From assembly GCA_964106915.2 (NCBI GenBank), contig OZ066916.1: a DNA stretch of 64,000 bases. One strand, given 5' to 3'. Positions 1 to 13,000 of the stretch are shown here, piece by piece. Position 1 is the first letter of the stretch; every line of letters starts with the position of its first letter. The notes below the pieces were generated by a model, which saw only the letters and a list, made by a program, of their open reading frames with translations, searched no databases and was not told where the DNA came from. Both the position numbers and the translations under genes were made by a program. Source of the stretch: Podarcis gaigeae (taxonomy: Eukaryota).

Positions 1-1139
1 AGCAAGTTTACCTTGAAGATCATATCCCCCTCGGCCACACAAAATGTACAAACTGGAATATTTCAGCAATACAACTTATTGCATTGCTTAGTTTACAGAA
101 GCCCCACTCACTGAGGTAGAGCAAACTGCTCATTGCTCTCATCACTTTGCTTTTGAGATATCTATTCTCTCCTGTCACCATAAGATGGCAGCATCCACTC
201 ACAAAACGCAACTGCTGTGCCAAGTAATTTGTGAGCAAGTCTCCAATGTCTTTCTGGCAGGTTTTCCTTTGTGGGAGTTTTGCTTTGGTTTATACCCACC
301 CTTGGAAATGTTTGTATGGGTTGAGGAGTGGGATAGTTCTGCAAAGCAGAAGCCCAGAGAAGCCTTTGCCATTCTTTAACTAAGGATCTTCAATGGGAAG
401 ACTCCAGCACGAAACTGCTGAATTTAGAGTAAGCAAGCAAATTGGCTGAGGTATTGCCAGCTATGTTAGACTTTAGGTATCACTGGAGGCAAGCCAGTTT
501 TTCATCCAAATAACCCCCAAGAAAGGTATTAAACAAATTTGTATCCTATCCCAGATCCCCTAGATAAGTTTCTCTTCAATTCATTTACCCCCAATTACTT
601 TCCCAACAGATCCTGCTCCAAATCAATTAAATATGCTTTAACTATCCTCCCAAATAATCCACAGCCATAGAAAATTTATTTTCTCAGTCAGTATCCTGCC
701 TAGTATCAATATTGCACTCTAATTCAATGTTCACCAATTTTATTACCCACCCAGAAACACTTAGAGAAAGATGCTCCATGGGGCCATTCCTAGCCATACT
801 GTAAGTTGGTTTGAAAGGTGTTCCATGATGATAGAAAATTGTATGGCAGCCTGTATGTTGAGGGGCAGGGTAGATGGTTCAGGTTAATAGCTAGTGCTGC
901 ATTTGTCTAGGCAAATGGAAAGCAAAGAAAGGCTGTTGGAAGTATGTGGGGGATACATATGATAAGGTAAATTATGGTGGTGAGTGAGCTGATATTCACA
1001 AATATATGCATACATTCATAAGGAAGAGCTTGAGATGAAGATAGGGGATTTAAAACCTAGAGTTCTACTGGCCTGTTGGCCCCTTATCTTTTCCAGTAAT
1101 TCATGTGGTAGGTCCAAAGCCTGATCGGAAGATGAAATA

Positions 1140-1478
1140 TAATCTTCCATGAATTCATCTAATCTTCTTTTAAAGCCACCCAAGTTGGTGGCCCTCAAAA
1201 CACCTTGTGGGAGCAAATTCCCTAGTTTGGCTATGCTGTATTAAAAGGTCCTGAATACTCCACCATTCAGCTTTTTTGAAGAGGGAGAAAAACCTTTGTC
1301 TGTCCACTTTCTCCGCACTGTGCATAATTTTATACTTCTCTATCATATCTCCTGTTACTTACATTTTCTCTAAGTTTTCTCTAAGTTAAAAAGCCCCAAA
1401 TGCTGTAAGTGTTCCTCAGAGGGGAGCGGCTCCAGCCCTTGATCATTTCACTTGCTCTTTTCTGAGCCTTTCCCAGTA
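1140..1478 (-). mobile_element. CR1 LINE 3' fragment
   Basis: Translation LPQGVLRATNLGGFKRRLDEFMED resembles the CR1 ORF2 C-terminus. Confidence 0.75.
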
Positions 1479-1654
1479 AAGGGTAAAATATTAAGGCATA
1501 ACGCGGATGGAGGAATAGTTTGCAGCACACTTTGGGCTACAATGGAAGTGGAATCTAATGTAAAAAAGGGAGGGTGATAGCAGTTACAACTTACATACAT
1601 TTAGGCACTGAGACTATCAACAGTACTGTAGTGAAAGTAAAATACCATATATAC

Positions 1655-2117
1655 CAGAGGTTTTCAACCTTTTTGAGTCCACGGCTCGCTTGACCAACTA
1701 CAATCTTTCTGTGTCACCCCTGTGGGATTCAGGAGCACAGTTATGTCACCCCTTGCCTGCAGAGCTGGCAGCCTCTCATACTTTTTCAAACACCCTCCCT
1801 TGTGGAGTATTCCCTTGGCCTCCTCTCCTCTCCCCTCTCCTTGGGAGTCCTCTGGGCAACTACAGCTGCTGTCCCTGGTCTCTGAACTGCCCCCTTCTGC
1901 CCCAAAGAGAGTGCCTCCCAGAGGCATCATTGGCCTGTGGAGCTTATAGCTAGGGCTGCTGCAACAAACAGCTGTGCAAGCCTTTGGGAGGGAGAGACGT
2001 GAGAGGGCATCAGAGGAGGGAGGAAAGGAAAGAGGGACAGAGGCCAGTGTTGCTCTCAGCACCCTGGTCCATCATTCAAGGCACCCCAGGGTGCCACAAC
2101 ACACTGATTGAAAGCCA
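1655..2117 (+). mobile_element. Non-autonomous hAT element, shorter copy of the 12093-12873 family
   Basis: Starts CAGAGGTTTTCAACCTTTTTGAGTCC as at 12093; same right end (GATTGAAAGCCA), cut by the gap; lacks about 320 bp of internal sequence. Confidence 0.8.
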
Positions 2118-2338
2118 NNNNNNNNNNNNNNNNNNNNNNNNNNNNNNNNNNNNNNNNNNNNNNNNNNNNNNNNNNNNNNNNNNNNNNNNNNNNNNNNNNN
2201 NNNNNNNNNNNNNNNNNNNNNNNNNNNNNNNNNNNNNNNNNNNNNNNNNNNNNNNNNNNNNNNNNNNNNNNNNNNNNNNNNNNNNNNNNNNNNNNNNNNN
2301 NNNNNNNNNNNNNNNNNNNNNNNNNNNNNNNNNNNNNN
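2118..2338. other. Assembly gap (221 N)
   Basis: Run of N. Confidence 1.
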
Positions 2339-2378
2339 GTATCAATTCTTATTTCTAGTAGACTATTCAGTTACATGC

Positions 2379-2812
2379 TGTAATGGTTCTAGGGGTTGCT
2401 CATGCGTAAGCCGGTGCCAACACCTGGCTGGGTTGCCTGAGTGAACCTTTTCTGTCCGGACAGCCTCTCACCCGTGGCTGTCTCAATCGCTGGCAGAATC
2501 CATCAGTGGGCATTTCTTAAACTTCTTCCAGCAAAGAAGCTCTTTGACGCCTAGTCTCCTCCTACTCTCCCTGCGCAGAAGCCTTCTGCGCAAGGAGGGC
2601 GTAGGCAGCGGAGGACCCTTACTCTCCCCGCTGGTCCCCGGCAAGGGTCAAGGGACCGCCTCGCCAATTCCCCCATCTGCCCCCCTTCTCCACTGGTGCT
2701 ACGCTGATTCTCTTCCCCAGAAGATGGGCTGCCTCTCCCCATCCCGGGATGCTCTCTGGAATCCCTCTGGAGCTTGCTCTCTCCCTCCGGCACTTATGGC
2801 AGTTCCCTGGCA
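2379..2812. mobile_element. Solo LTR (probably Gypsy-type)
   Basis: TG...CA termini (TGTAATGG...CCCTGGCA) flanked by a perfect 5-bp TSD CATGC (2374-2378, 2813-2817); GC-rich relative to flanks. Confidence 0.7.
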
Positions 2813-4144
2813 CATGCCTCATCAGTTAGCGGATTGTATCAAAAATTTCCACACACAGGACACCACTGTCATTCTTCTCAGCTCTGCACCGATGTCACAT
2901 TGTCAGAAACAAGCTGTATCATAAACCTTTCCTTTTCTGGAATTCAATACTGTACCATACAGCAATATGGTATACCACTGTGACATTTGTAGCTTGTCAG
3001 CAGACCACGTTTTCCATAAACACTCACATAAATTACATAATTTTCACAGACTAAGCTATTTCCTGTTTCTGAAGAAAAAACTTTTCTTCAGAACCATTTC
3101 ACTTCTTCCCACTAACCCCTCAGGAAGAATTCATTGCAACACTTTATTGATAGCTCCAGTGTCTCCAGAACCACCAAATGATCATTATCAGGAAATGGAA
3201 CTTAGAGATGTGAGGGGTTGTTTCTCTTTTTTCAACCCACTAAGCCAATTAACAGATTTGCCTTTCTATTCAGAGGCAGCCACAATGGAAGTTCTGGTTT
3301 CGTCAGCCTAAGTGCAGCAGAGACAGATTATGTCACGCTGCTTCACAAAAATATCTCCGGCAGACTGTTTGTGACAGAAATAAGTGTGCTGTTTCAGACA
3401 AAGGCTGCTTGTTCTGCTCGCTCACCCGATGCTCCGTAGCACTTTAAGTCTGTGAGAGCTGCTGCTACAGACATCCATCAAGGTCAAATGGCAAACTGGC
3501 AAATTGACCAAAATAAATGAGGCATGTATATGTAAGATGGAGGGCTTGTATTCACAAGAAAAAGGGCAGGGGGAGCATTAATGTACACTGCAGCTGGGAA
3601 AGTGGTTCTTGAAGAGTTTTAAATAATATCCTGCAATAGTGCAGTTCTCATGCTTCACAACAGTTATACTCCCTGAAATGTTTTGTTTTGTTTTGTTTAA
3701 GAGCATTAAGTGTTGAGAGGCCTCTTAATGATACCACACTAATTGCACGAAATGCTGTTGCCAAATAAGTGAATAAACCAGAGGACTAGAAGTGCTGCAT
3801 CACTGGGACACCACAAGTTGCCCTGTTATGCAATTGTGATCTGAAGACTTCTTCATGTGTTTGTTGCCTCTTGGTGTTGTCCTTCTGGGGCCAGTCAGAG
3901 AGAGCAAGAAGCAATGCTAAGCTCCAAGAGGCTCTGGTACTCAGCCATGGAGATCCCTGCTGAGGTGGGCTTTAGGAAATGCTCATTGATACCAACTCCT
4001 ATTGCCAGCTCTGCAGTGTGGAAAAGTGACGTAGATCTTTGGCCCCTTTGCCTCTGATCCCCTTTTCCCAACCCGTTCCCTGAATTTCAGCCCTATATTT
4101 CTAAGGTAAAGACAGGTCAGAAACCCTGGATACAGTAAGAGCGT

Positions 4145-4188
<44 letters not shown>

Positions 4189-4189
4189 T
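4145..4189. repeat. Compound (TC)n(TG)n microsatellite
   Basis: Direct reading. Confidence 0.95.
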
Positions 4190-4451
4190 CTGTTTTTCCA
4201 TAGAAAACAGCACATGGAGTATTAAGCACCCCTCTCCTACTGCTTCCCCTTTTCCATGAGTGCTTTGAAACAAAAAAAATAGCTGCCAAGCTAATGCTAC
4301 ACACAGCTGTATTGTAAGATGTAGTTCAGCTGGGAGGCTCAGTGGTATTAGCAGCTCCATAAAACGAGGTGGGGCGGGTCACACAACAGGTCTTGTTTTC
4401 CCCTCCCTGCCAAGAAGAACGTCACCCATGAAATAGATTCCTGGTGTCATA

Positions 4452-4839
4452 AGGTAAGGTAAAAGGTAAAGGACCTCTGGACAGTTAAGTCCAGTAGTCA
4501 AAGGCGACTATGGGGTACGGTGCTCATCTCGCTTCAGGCCAAGGGACAGGACGTTTGCCCACAGAAAGCTTTCCAAGTCATGTAGCCAGCATGTCTAAAC
4601 TGCTTCTGGCACAACAGAACACCGTGACAGAAACCAGAGCATATAGAAACCCCATTTACCTTCCCACCACAGCGGTACCTATTTATCTACTTGCACTGGT
4701 ATGCTTTCAAACTGCTAGGTTGGCAGGAGCTGGGACAGAGCAACGGGAGCTCACTCCGCCGTGGGGATTCGAACTGCCAACCTTCTGATTGGCCAGCCCA
4801 AGAGGCTCAGTGATTTAGACCACAGCACCACTTGCTCCC
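4452..4839 (-). mobile_element. Sauria SINE (full length)
   Basis: (ACCTT)n-type tail seen as AAGGTAAGGTAAAAGGTAAA; tRNA-like head with B box; TSD CCTGGTGT(C/A)ATA at 4440-4451 and 4838-4849. Confidence 0.9.
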
Positions 4840-6019
4840 TGGTGTAATACTGCTCTCAAAAAACACCTTAGAATGCCACCGCCCCATGCCAAATCCTGAA
4901 TGACAGGTGGAGATTTTCTACAGTGTTGATATACTGAAATTTTCTTCCTGGAACTGGAGTAATTTATATACGGAAACAATGTGGAATCACAAGATTCCCT
5001 TAGCAAGAGATTTTTCAAAGCCTAGTTTCATTAGAAACAGGGGGAAGGGGAGCATAAATGCAGCCAAAAGAAACACTGCTGAAAGCAAAACTGATCATTT
5101 TCATGAGTCAATAAATGTTTCTATATCTGTAGATCTGGTGGCTGTAATGGCTGGTTACTATAATAACCACTGGGAAATAATAGAACAACATAATAGCAAG
5201 TTAAATAGCAACGGATTGAATACACATCTCGATTATGACAAAGCTGCTTCTGAGTTAACTGTCTGTGAACTGTGTTTATTTTAACAGTTGCAGCAAAAGA
5301 AAGTGGTAGAGAGTTACTTTCTTCTAAACTAGCAACATCAGTTATATCCATGCACTTTCAGACATCGCTGTAAATTTAAATAGAGGATGTGATTCTGTTC
5401 CTCATGCTAACATGCACATAAGAGAAATACAAAGAAAATACAAATCTAGAATGATGAAACAGCATTAAATCCATCTGTAAAACCAACAGAAAGAAAGACT
5501 ATCCGGCATTACTTCCCTGAAAATGCCTGGTTGCTAAACAAACTTTCAGAGCATGTGGCACCTGTATGCCTCCTCCTTCCCCGATTCTGTCCCTGGCGAC
5601 TCAGCCAAAAGTAACTTCCTGGTCCAGAAGAATAGCTATACGCATATTGTTTGGACTCTTGTATTTGTGACTTGATTTTGTATCTGACGTTACACCACCA
5701 GCCAGTTGAACTGTTACATCCATTTTTAAGGGTGGGGGAATATTAAAAATATCTAAAGTGATTTCTTTCCTATCATGTGCTCTGCTACTGCATATAATCA
5801 CACAATCAAAATCCCACGATCACTGCAGTGTCAGGCTCATGAGAAGTAGCTTTAGAACACAAATGTTAAGAAATTCCAATTTAAAAGCACAAATGGCATT
5901 TGACCTAATTCTTGCCAATGTTAACGCTGCCCTCAGGATTATGTATAGCATAAATAAATACAGACAGGAATCTGATAAAGCTTTTGAATCCTGACAAAAT
6001 GTAAGCAGTGTGGAGTAAT

Positions 6020-6720
6020 ACAAAGAGGAAATTAATCTCAAGGGTTATTGTCAAAGGCTTAAATTCAACTAAACTTGGATAAAATGATCTTGAAGAGTCT
6101 TTTCTTCTTCATTATATGTAACATTACAAGATGGGTGAAAGGCCTGAGCTTTGAAATTTCAAATGAATAATTGTAATGATTTGTCGAAATATGTGCCAAA
6201 CCTGGTAAGTATAAGTCTGAAAGAAAAGTTGTACAAGCTGCTTTTTCATTAGTGCTTAACTCCTCAAAGGGATAATCATACAGTATTTATAATGGCTCTA
6301 ACAAACACAGTTGGAGATGTAAATGATAGGTCTGGTCCTGTCCAGAATATATGGTCCTTTTGGCTTATGGCAATTCATGAAATTGAATAATTCACAGAAT
6401 ATGCTCTTTCTAGGAATCCTTTGGTTACCCAGCTTCATTATGTTTATGATATGGTTCACATAGAAGCCAGAGAGATGGTTATTCACTTACTGAGAAGTGT
6501 GTGGATGGTAATCAGTCCCAACTGGAAAAAGCCTAACCCTCCTATATTGGACGATTGGTTATTGAAACCACGGGACTTAGTTCAGATTTGTAAGTTGTTA
6601 AATGTGGTTAGAATGTGAGAGGAAAAAGCATGACAATCCATTTATTGAGAAGTGGAGTCTGTTTATTTACTAAATACTAATAACTAAATAACTAATAACT
6701 AAATACAGGATAATATTAAT
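6020..6720 (+). mobile_element. Degraded L1-clade LINE ORF2 C-terminal remnant
   Basis: YKLLFH*CLTPQ and IHLLRSVWMVISPNWKKPNPPILDDWLLK resemble the L1 C-terminal YK..RWYLTP and I...WK...PP....W motifs; stops and frameshifts present. Confidence 0.6.
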
Positions 6721-7495
6721 CCATATACTGTTAGGATCATTATAAAATTTAGCTGAAATTGCAAATAATAATTGAAAAGGATATTTTATTTCATTTTTAT
6801 TATGGACTGAAGGATCAATATCTTTCTTTATTAAACCAAAATGTATCTTTCGGAAACTTGTACATTAACAAGTTAACATTGCAGGTCAAATGCCTGTCAG
6901 AATATTAATATCTTGGCCAAACAGCAAGGAAACGGGGGAATTTTTTTAAAAAAACCTCCCAGGTAAGGAGTTCTACTATATAAACATGATGAAGACCCTT
7001 TTCTTCATCCCAACAAGCATCTAATGTTGTATTATCACAATGTTGTATTATCACATCACAGCCATACCTTGAGATATCTCCCCACAAGTAGGAAAAGCAA
7101 CCATGAACCTAAAGAAAGAAAAGAATGAATTATTTTAAGTTAACATCTGTTGAGACTCTGACAAGATTTAAGGAGGACATGCTGAAAGGCTCTAAAAAAG
7201 CAGACAATATCAGCCCCATATGATGACTGTATTCATCAGATATCTCAGCCTCTCTCCAAAGACCGATTTGTTTGTTTGTTTCTGTGTCAGCATACTAGCT
7301 GCCCCTAGCATGGGCCAGGGATAAACAAGTTTTAAGGCAATTGAAGGTTGCATTCCCCGTCCCATGATGCAAGATTACATCTTTGCATTTATTTTGCATT
7401 AATATTTCCTCTGATCGAAACCCTTGTGCCAGTTTTGTTTTCTGGATTGAGAAAAGTGAGGAATGCAAGTGCACACTAAGGTTAACTGTAAAATA

Positions 7496-7708
7496 CAGTT
7501 GTACCTTGGAAGTCAAACGGAATCTGTTCCAGAAGTCCGTTCGACTTCCAAAATGTTTGGAAATCCAAATGCGGCTTCCGATTGGCTGCAGGAAGCTCTG
7601 TCAGATGTTCAGCTTCCCAAAATAACCAGAACAGTCACTTCTGGGTTTGCAGCGTTCAGGAGCTGAAATGTTTGGGAACTAAGCTGTTCGAAAATCAAGG
7701 TATGACTG
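7496..7708. mobile_element. Tc1/mariner (pogo/Tigger-like) MITE
   Basis: TA|CAGTTGTACCTTG...CAAGGTATGACTG|TA: imperfect TIRs with TA TSD. Confidence 0.75.
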
Positions 7709-7858
7709 TACACAATTATCTGCTTCAAATCTGTGCTTTAATTATGTGGGAGAGAGCTTTGGGAGGAATTCAACATAACCGTAAGAAGATTGCTCTGTCA
7801 CTGAAAGCATTTCTGTTTTTCTGATGGAAGGATCTCCTCTTTCTCCTCTGCTGTGCAC

Positions 7859-8027
7859 CAGTGGCATAGTGTGGGGGGTGCAGGGGGGGCCGGCCGCACC
7901 GGGCGCAACATCTGGGGGTTAGGGTTAGGGGGTGCAAATCCACGGGTTAGGGGGCGCAAACCCATGGGTTAGGGGGTGGAAATTACTTGCGTTGCCCTGG
8001 GTGCTGACAACCCACGCTACGCCACTG
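7859..8027. mobile_element. hAT MITE with internal TTAGGG-containing 22-bp repeats
   Basis: TIRs CAGTGGCATAGTGTGGG / CCCACGCTACGCCACTG; perfect 8-bp TSD CTGTGCAC (7851-7858, 8028-8035). Confidence 0.88.
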
Positions 8028-9621
8028 CTGTGCACTGCTCTGGAGCTGCTACCATGGCCTAACAGGTTACTCCAATATGTGTGTGACATTAACATTCAGA
8101 TGAAGTCTCTAGTGCCTCATCCTCTGTGCTGTTTCTATAGGAGAGTTCAGTGCCGGTGTGTGTGTGTGGAGAAACAAAAGTCCATCTATGATAATCATAC
8201 ACAAACATGTTCCATTATGCTCCTTTCCCATAGGCACTGTTTCTGAACTGTACTTACCAATGTTTATTACTCACAGCTATTGTAAAGGGATGTAGACTTA
8301 GTATGCCGAAACTGTACATGCCAATAAACAACTGAACAAGCAATTGACAGACGTTATACTTTACTGCCTGTTTTTGTACAAGTGTGCAAGGTCAAAGGAT
8401 GTTAGGCGCCAAGTTCTTACCTTTTTGTTCTCACTGTTGCATTTAGGTCCAACATATTCCATTTCCACCCGAGTTTCGATTTTTGGCAATCTGTATCCTG
8501 ATTTCCAGCTCTTTCCCTCCATTGCTGGGAATTTAGTATTTACACATTTGCTTCCATATTGTTTTGTTAGAAATGTCCTTTTGCGCATGTTTGCATATAT
8601 TGCTGAATCAGACTTCTATTTCTTTGCCAGGTGTGCTCTTTAAAAAAGCCTGATGCCGTCAAAGCATAAACGATCCAGTGCTGCTTGCTATCAACGTTAG
8701 GAGTTTTATCTTCTAAATGCCTTTTGCCTGAATGGCTTTCCATTATCTCAGAACCAAAACAGAATGGTTGGTAACAACAAAGTTGCATTTGTTCATATTC
8801 TGTTAGGTTGACTGCTCGTGAAAAAGGAATAGGGCTTTGTTATATTTATTCCAAACCAAGTCAACAAAGGCCTTCTACCATAAACACACATTTACCAAGC
8901 AATGAAAAGCCATATTTGGTAAAACACACCTACTTGTACCTACTTTGTAACCGTTTGTATAGCTGTTCAGAAAGCGTAGAAGCTTTTTCTCATATGGCTA
9001 GCAGTGAAAAGTAAACAGGAAATCAAAGGTAAGGTATCTAAACTGTAAATTTCTCCAAAACCATTGGAAAAGTGAAGTGAGAACATTTGTTTGAATGGCT
9101 GCAATCTGCTAAGCGTGTTTACTGGGAAGTACATTTACCTCAGATCAATGGGATTCCTTCCAAGTAAACAGTTATAAAAGTTGTATAAAATAGCATTTCC
9201 ATTTATGGCCAAATGATGCGGCTGAAGCTAATAGTATTTATCATGTCAAATAAGCTGGCAATTTTTAATGCATAAAGTCACACATTATGATAGTACACTT
9301 GAATGGCAGACCAGAATATCAGGGTAAATTGCTAATCTGAGTGAAGGTTTTTCCCCACACACGGACACAGGACTTCTTATATGGATAATAACTAGCCAAT
9401 ATCACAGAGACAGACTTCTATGATGCTGCTTCATTCATGTTTGTGATTTACAACACTTTTATGGCTTTTGTTGAAGGAGTAAAAAAGTTTGCAGAACTAA
9501 TATGGCACTGGCAAGAGCCAGCTCTACAGAAAACCACCTTTTTATCTTACATTTATCAAGAGCAGAGGTGAAATAATTCAACAAACTTCATGATTATTAA
9601 GGTTACATAGATAAAGTTTAG

Positions 9622-9627
9622 TTTATT
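9622..9627 (-). terminator. Candidate distal polyadenylation signal (AATAAA) of MOXD1
   Basis: TTTATT on + strand, about 250 nt after the stop codon; a GT-rich tract (GAAGTTTGTTG) follows on the minus strand. Confidence 0.5.
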
Positions 9628-9774
9628 ACAATGGTATCCAAATACAGAGCAGCTTTTTTCATGGTGTGATGTGCCAGGATGAATAAAATGAAACAATACC
9701 AATCAATTTAGATTGCAAAAAAGAAATATCCCCCCCTTTCAAATGAGGTGAACACTATTTTGAAATGAATTTAG

Positions 9775-9780
9775 TTTATT
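9775..9780 (-). terminator. Candidate proximal polyadenylation signal (AATAAA) of MOXD1
   Basis: TTTATT on + strand, about 95 nt after the stop codon. Confidence 0.4.
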
Positions 9781-9873
9781 AATATGTAAAAAAATAAATC
9801 TACAAGAGCAACAGTGCAAACATTTCAGGACTTGCATGGCACAAAAAAATGAAAGTGAGTACAATCAGAGTTA

Positions 9874-10038
9874 TTATACAAAAGGCCCACTCCTTGTTGC
9901 AGCAGTGGTTGACGTGTACAGAACAATCAATAGAGTTAAAAACAGATTGCAGTTTAAGCAGGAAGTTGAACTACAGACAATTGGTTCTGTCCTGTATGGT
10001 CTTTCTATTTGAGGTGGTGAAGTTATCATTCCTTGTAT
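9874..10038 (-). CDS. MOXD1: MOXD1 terminal coding exon 12 (IQGMITSPPQIERPYRTEPIVC...SGPFV*)
   Basis: Acceptor TTTCAG, stop TAA at 9876-9874; contains the hydrophobic stretch LFLTLLIVLY. Confidence 0.93.
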   Translation of the reverse strand: MQGMITSPPQIERPYRTEPIVCSSTSCLNCNLFLTLLIVLYTSTTAATRSGPFV

Positions 10039-13000
10039 CTGAAATTTAAAATGAAATAAAATTATAAGCTGCATATACTACTGAGCTATATAAAGAATTT
10101 CGTTGACATCTGTGCCTTATCTATATTATTAATGTATTATAGTTTAAGTCAGGGTGCAGATCCAAACTTGGGTCTCCAGCTGCTTTTGGAGTACAGTTCC
10201 CATCGTCCCTAACCACTGGTCCTGCTAGGGATGATGGGCATTGTAGTCCAAAAACAGCTGGAGACCCTAGTTTGGGAAACACTGATCTAAGTAAGCACCA
10301 ATACCAACAAAACAGAATACTCTGGCAATTTATTATTATTATTATCAAGCATTTACACCTATTTACACAGATTTATTCATCCCAACTAAAACCAATGGCC
10401 GTAATCAACAGCTAGTTACTTTCTTAATGCCCTTAATATCTATTATCTAAATCCTTGCTCCCTTCTAGCTGCTGAGAGTATTCGGTGTCTTGATAAGACA
10501 TTATCCCTCCTTTATAGAATTTATGGTTACTAAAGTACTTTGCAAATCCCCAAGACCATTCATATACCGAATCAGTATATTCAGCCAAGATATATGTGAG
10601 CCCTTTTAAAGCGCCTTTTGCTTCAGTCTTCACACCATCTGACAGGCAAGCAAGCAAGTCATCCATTAATGATACTTTTCTGTTTTGTCTGAACTGGGAA
10701 ATGATAGTAAACAGCTTTCAAACAAATCAGGATATTAATCAGACTTCAACCACAGCTACATATCCGGCCTAGTTCTAATGCCATTAACCAGTTGGAAGGA
10801 AATGGGAAACAATAGTTAATGGTAGACTTCCTGGTTTGTTCACTCACCCATGCAAAGAGAGGAGTGATGGAGCTGGGTGCACACTCAAATGGCTCATTCA
10901 TATATTGCCTTATTAATCTCAGATATGGTTGTCCAATATGTTCCACAGAAACTGAACTAGATGGTTTCATCAGGCAAGTCAATTCTTACATTGTTAAAGG
11001 ATGCATTGTGACTACTGAGTTACAACCCCTCCTTCATGATGATTTGTGGTGTGATTTAGCATGGTGGCATCTGCCCTTTGGAACTCAACTCCCTCCCACT
11101 GCATATCAGACAGGTGCCTTTATCCTGGTTGGTATCTGTTCTGGACATGAACCCTTTTTTTAGCTATTTGACCTAAGCCCCTAAATTAACAAATATTACC
11201 TCCCTAAAAAAAGCTCAACAACATTGACCTGAACCCCTAATAAAAGGGAGGATCTTTCCTAAAAAAAGTTAAACAAATTTATTGACCTGAATCCCCCTCC
11301 CCAAATGGGAGGATTTTCTCTTAAAAAAAGCTCAAGTACTTTAACCTGAACCCCAAGGAAAAGGGGTAGATCACTGCCAGGTTATAATCGTGTGAGTAGA
11401 TCGTAGTCTCTTGGAAGTTGGACATCCCTGATATAGAGAACTGTTATATATATATGCCATTTTATTGTAAATCACTTTGGCATTCCTCATGATAAATGAT
11501 TCATAAATGAAATAAATAAGAATTAAAATATCTGATGCAATCCAATCACCCTTTCCAACTTACAACCACGACACATTAATAAAATATACAGATTAGCAGT
11601 AGTTCAAGCAGTTTTTTGGTTGTTGTTTTTAAGGATTACACTTACTGTCCACTCTGCATTGTCAGTCTTGGTACATCTTACATTCACTGGTAACCTAAGA
11701 ACAAAGTCGTTGTAGGAAAGGCCCTGTTCTTTGGACCATTTAAACTTGTTCATTGCATCCATGAAAGACAGGTTTTTGTATTGTTTTGGACTCTTGATAA
11801 TGAATGGCCAAGTCCTGAATTAAAAGCAAAATGAAACAAAACCCACCATTATTACAATAATAGTACCAAATATTTAGAATGCTGCCTCCCTGAAAGAAAA
11901 AAATATTTTTATCTGCTGTGGTATTAATGTATTAATACCAGCAACAACAGAATGACTAATGCATCCATTCTTGTTAATATTTATAATGAAAAGTTCCAAT
12001 GAGCCAGCCCTTATTGCAGGAAATGCATCCCTTAACCAGGAAATTTGCACCTGAGGCCCTGTCCAACCTATAGAAGAGGGAACTCTATAGAGCAGAGGTT
12101 TTCAACCTTTTTGAGTCCATGGCTCCCTTGACCAACTACATTATTTCTGGGTCAGCCCTGTGGGGCTCAGGAGCCCAGTTATATTACCCCTTGCCAGCAG
12201 AGCTGGCAGCTTCTCACTCTTTTTTGAACACCCTCCCTTGTAGAATGTTCCTTCAACTTCCTCTCCCCTCCCCTCTACTTGGGAGTCCTCTGGGCAGTTG
12301 CTGTTGCCACTCCTGGTCTCTGAGCTGCCCCCCTGTCCCACAGGGGCCTGGGAAGAGGATGTCCCCAGCCTTGGTGGCCCAATGGAGACTGGCTAAAGGT
12401 GAATGTGAGGCTACCGCCTAACCTTGGGAGGCAGCAGGTTCTGCTGGGCCTGCATGGTGGAAAGACTCCCTTTCAGCACTGGGCACTCAGCTCCCAGGTG
12501 GGCCTTGCATACAGCAAGAACAAGAAAGGCTAGTGCACCACCTGTCTGCCTGGCCTCCCACTTGCCTGTCCATTCCCAACAGCAAGGGCTGGTGGAGCAG
12601 CTGGCTGGGCTCCCTTGCCTGCTTGCATGTTTACTCTGAGGTCGCCTCAGCTCCTGGCAACCAGCACCCCCTAGCCAGCCCCAGAGGCACCAGGAGCTTG
12701 CAGCCAGGGCTGCTGCAACAAACAGCTGCACAAGCCTTTGGGAGGCAGAGACATGAGAGAGCATGAGAAGAGGGAGCGAAGGAAAGAGGGACAGAGGCCA
12801 GTGTTGCTCGTGGCCCCCTGGCCATCCTTCAAGGCACCCCAGGGTGCCATGGCACACTGGTTGAAAACCACTGCTCTAGAGCATGCGAAGCATGGTGCAT
12901 CTCGCCCACACCTCCAAATTTTAATACATTGATTATGTTAAGTATTACGTATCTTAAGGACTGCCTTCTCTCCCATTAGGGATATAACAATGAGTGATAT

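Noticed and set aside
380-960. Possible ancient LINE RT or endogenous viral remnant (G-YLDEKL-like motif on the minus strand near 500-520)
   Set aside because: Too degraded; one short motif with frameshifts. It needs tBLASTn/HMM confirmation.
1984-2383. ORFs containing X runs
   Set aside because: Artefacts of the N gap.
11165-11360. Regularly spaced repeats as a CRISPR-like array
   Set aside because: Eukaryotic context; whole units are homologous with no unique spacers and end in a hAT-like terminus.
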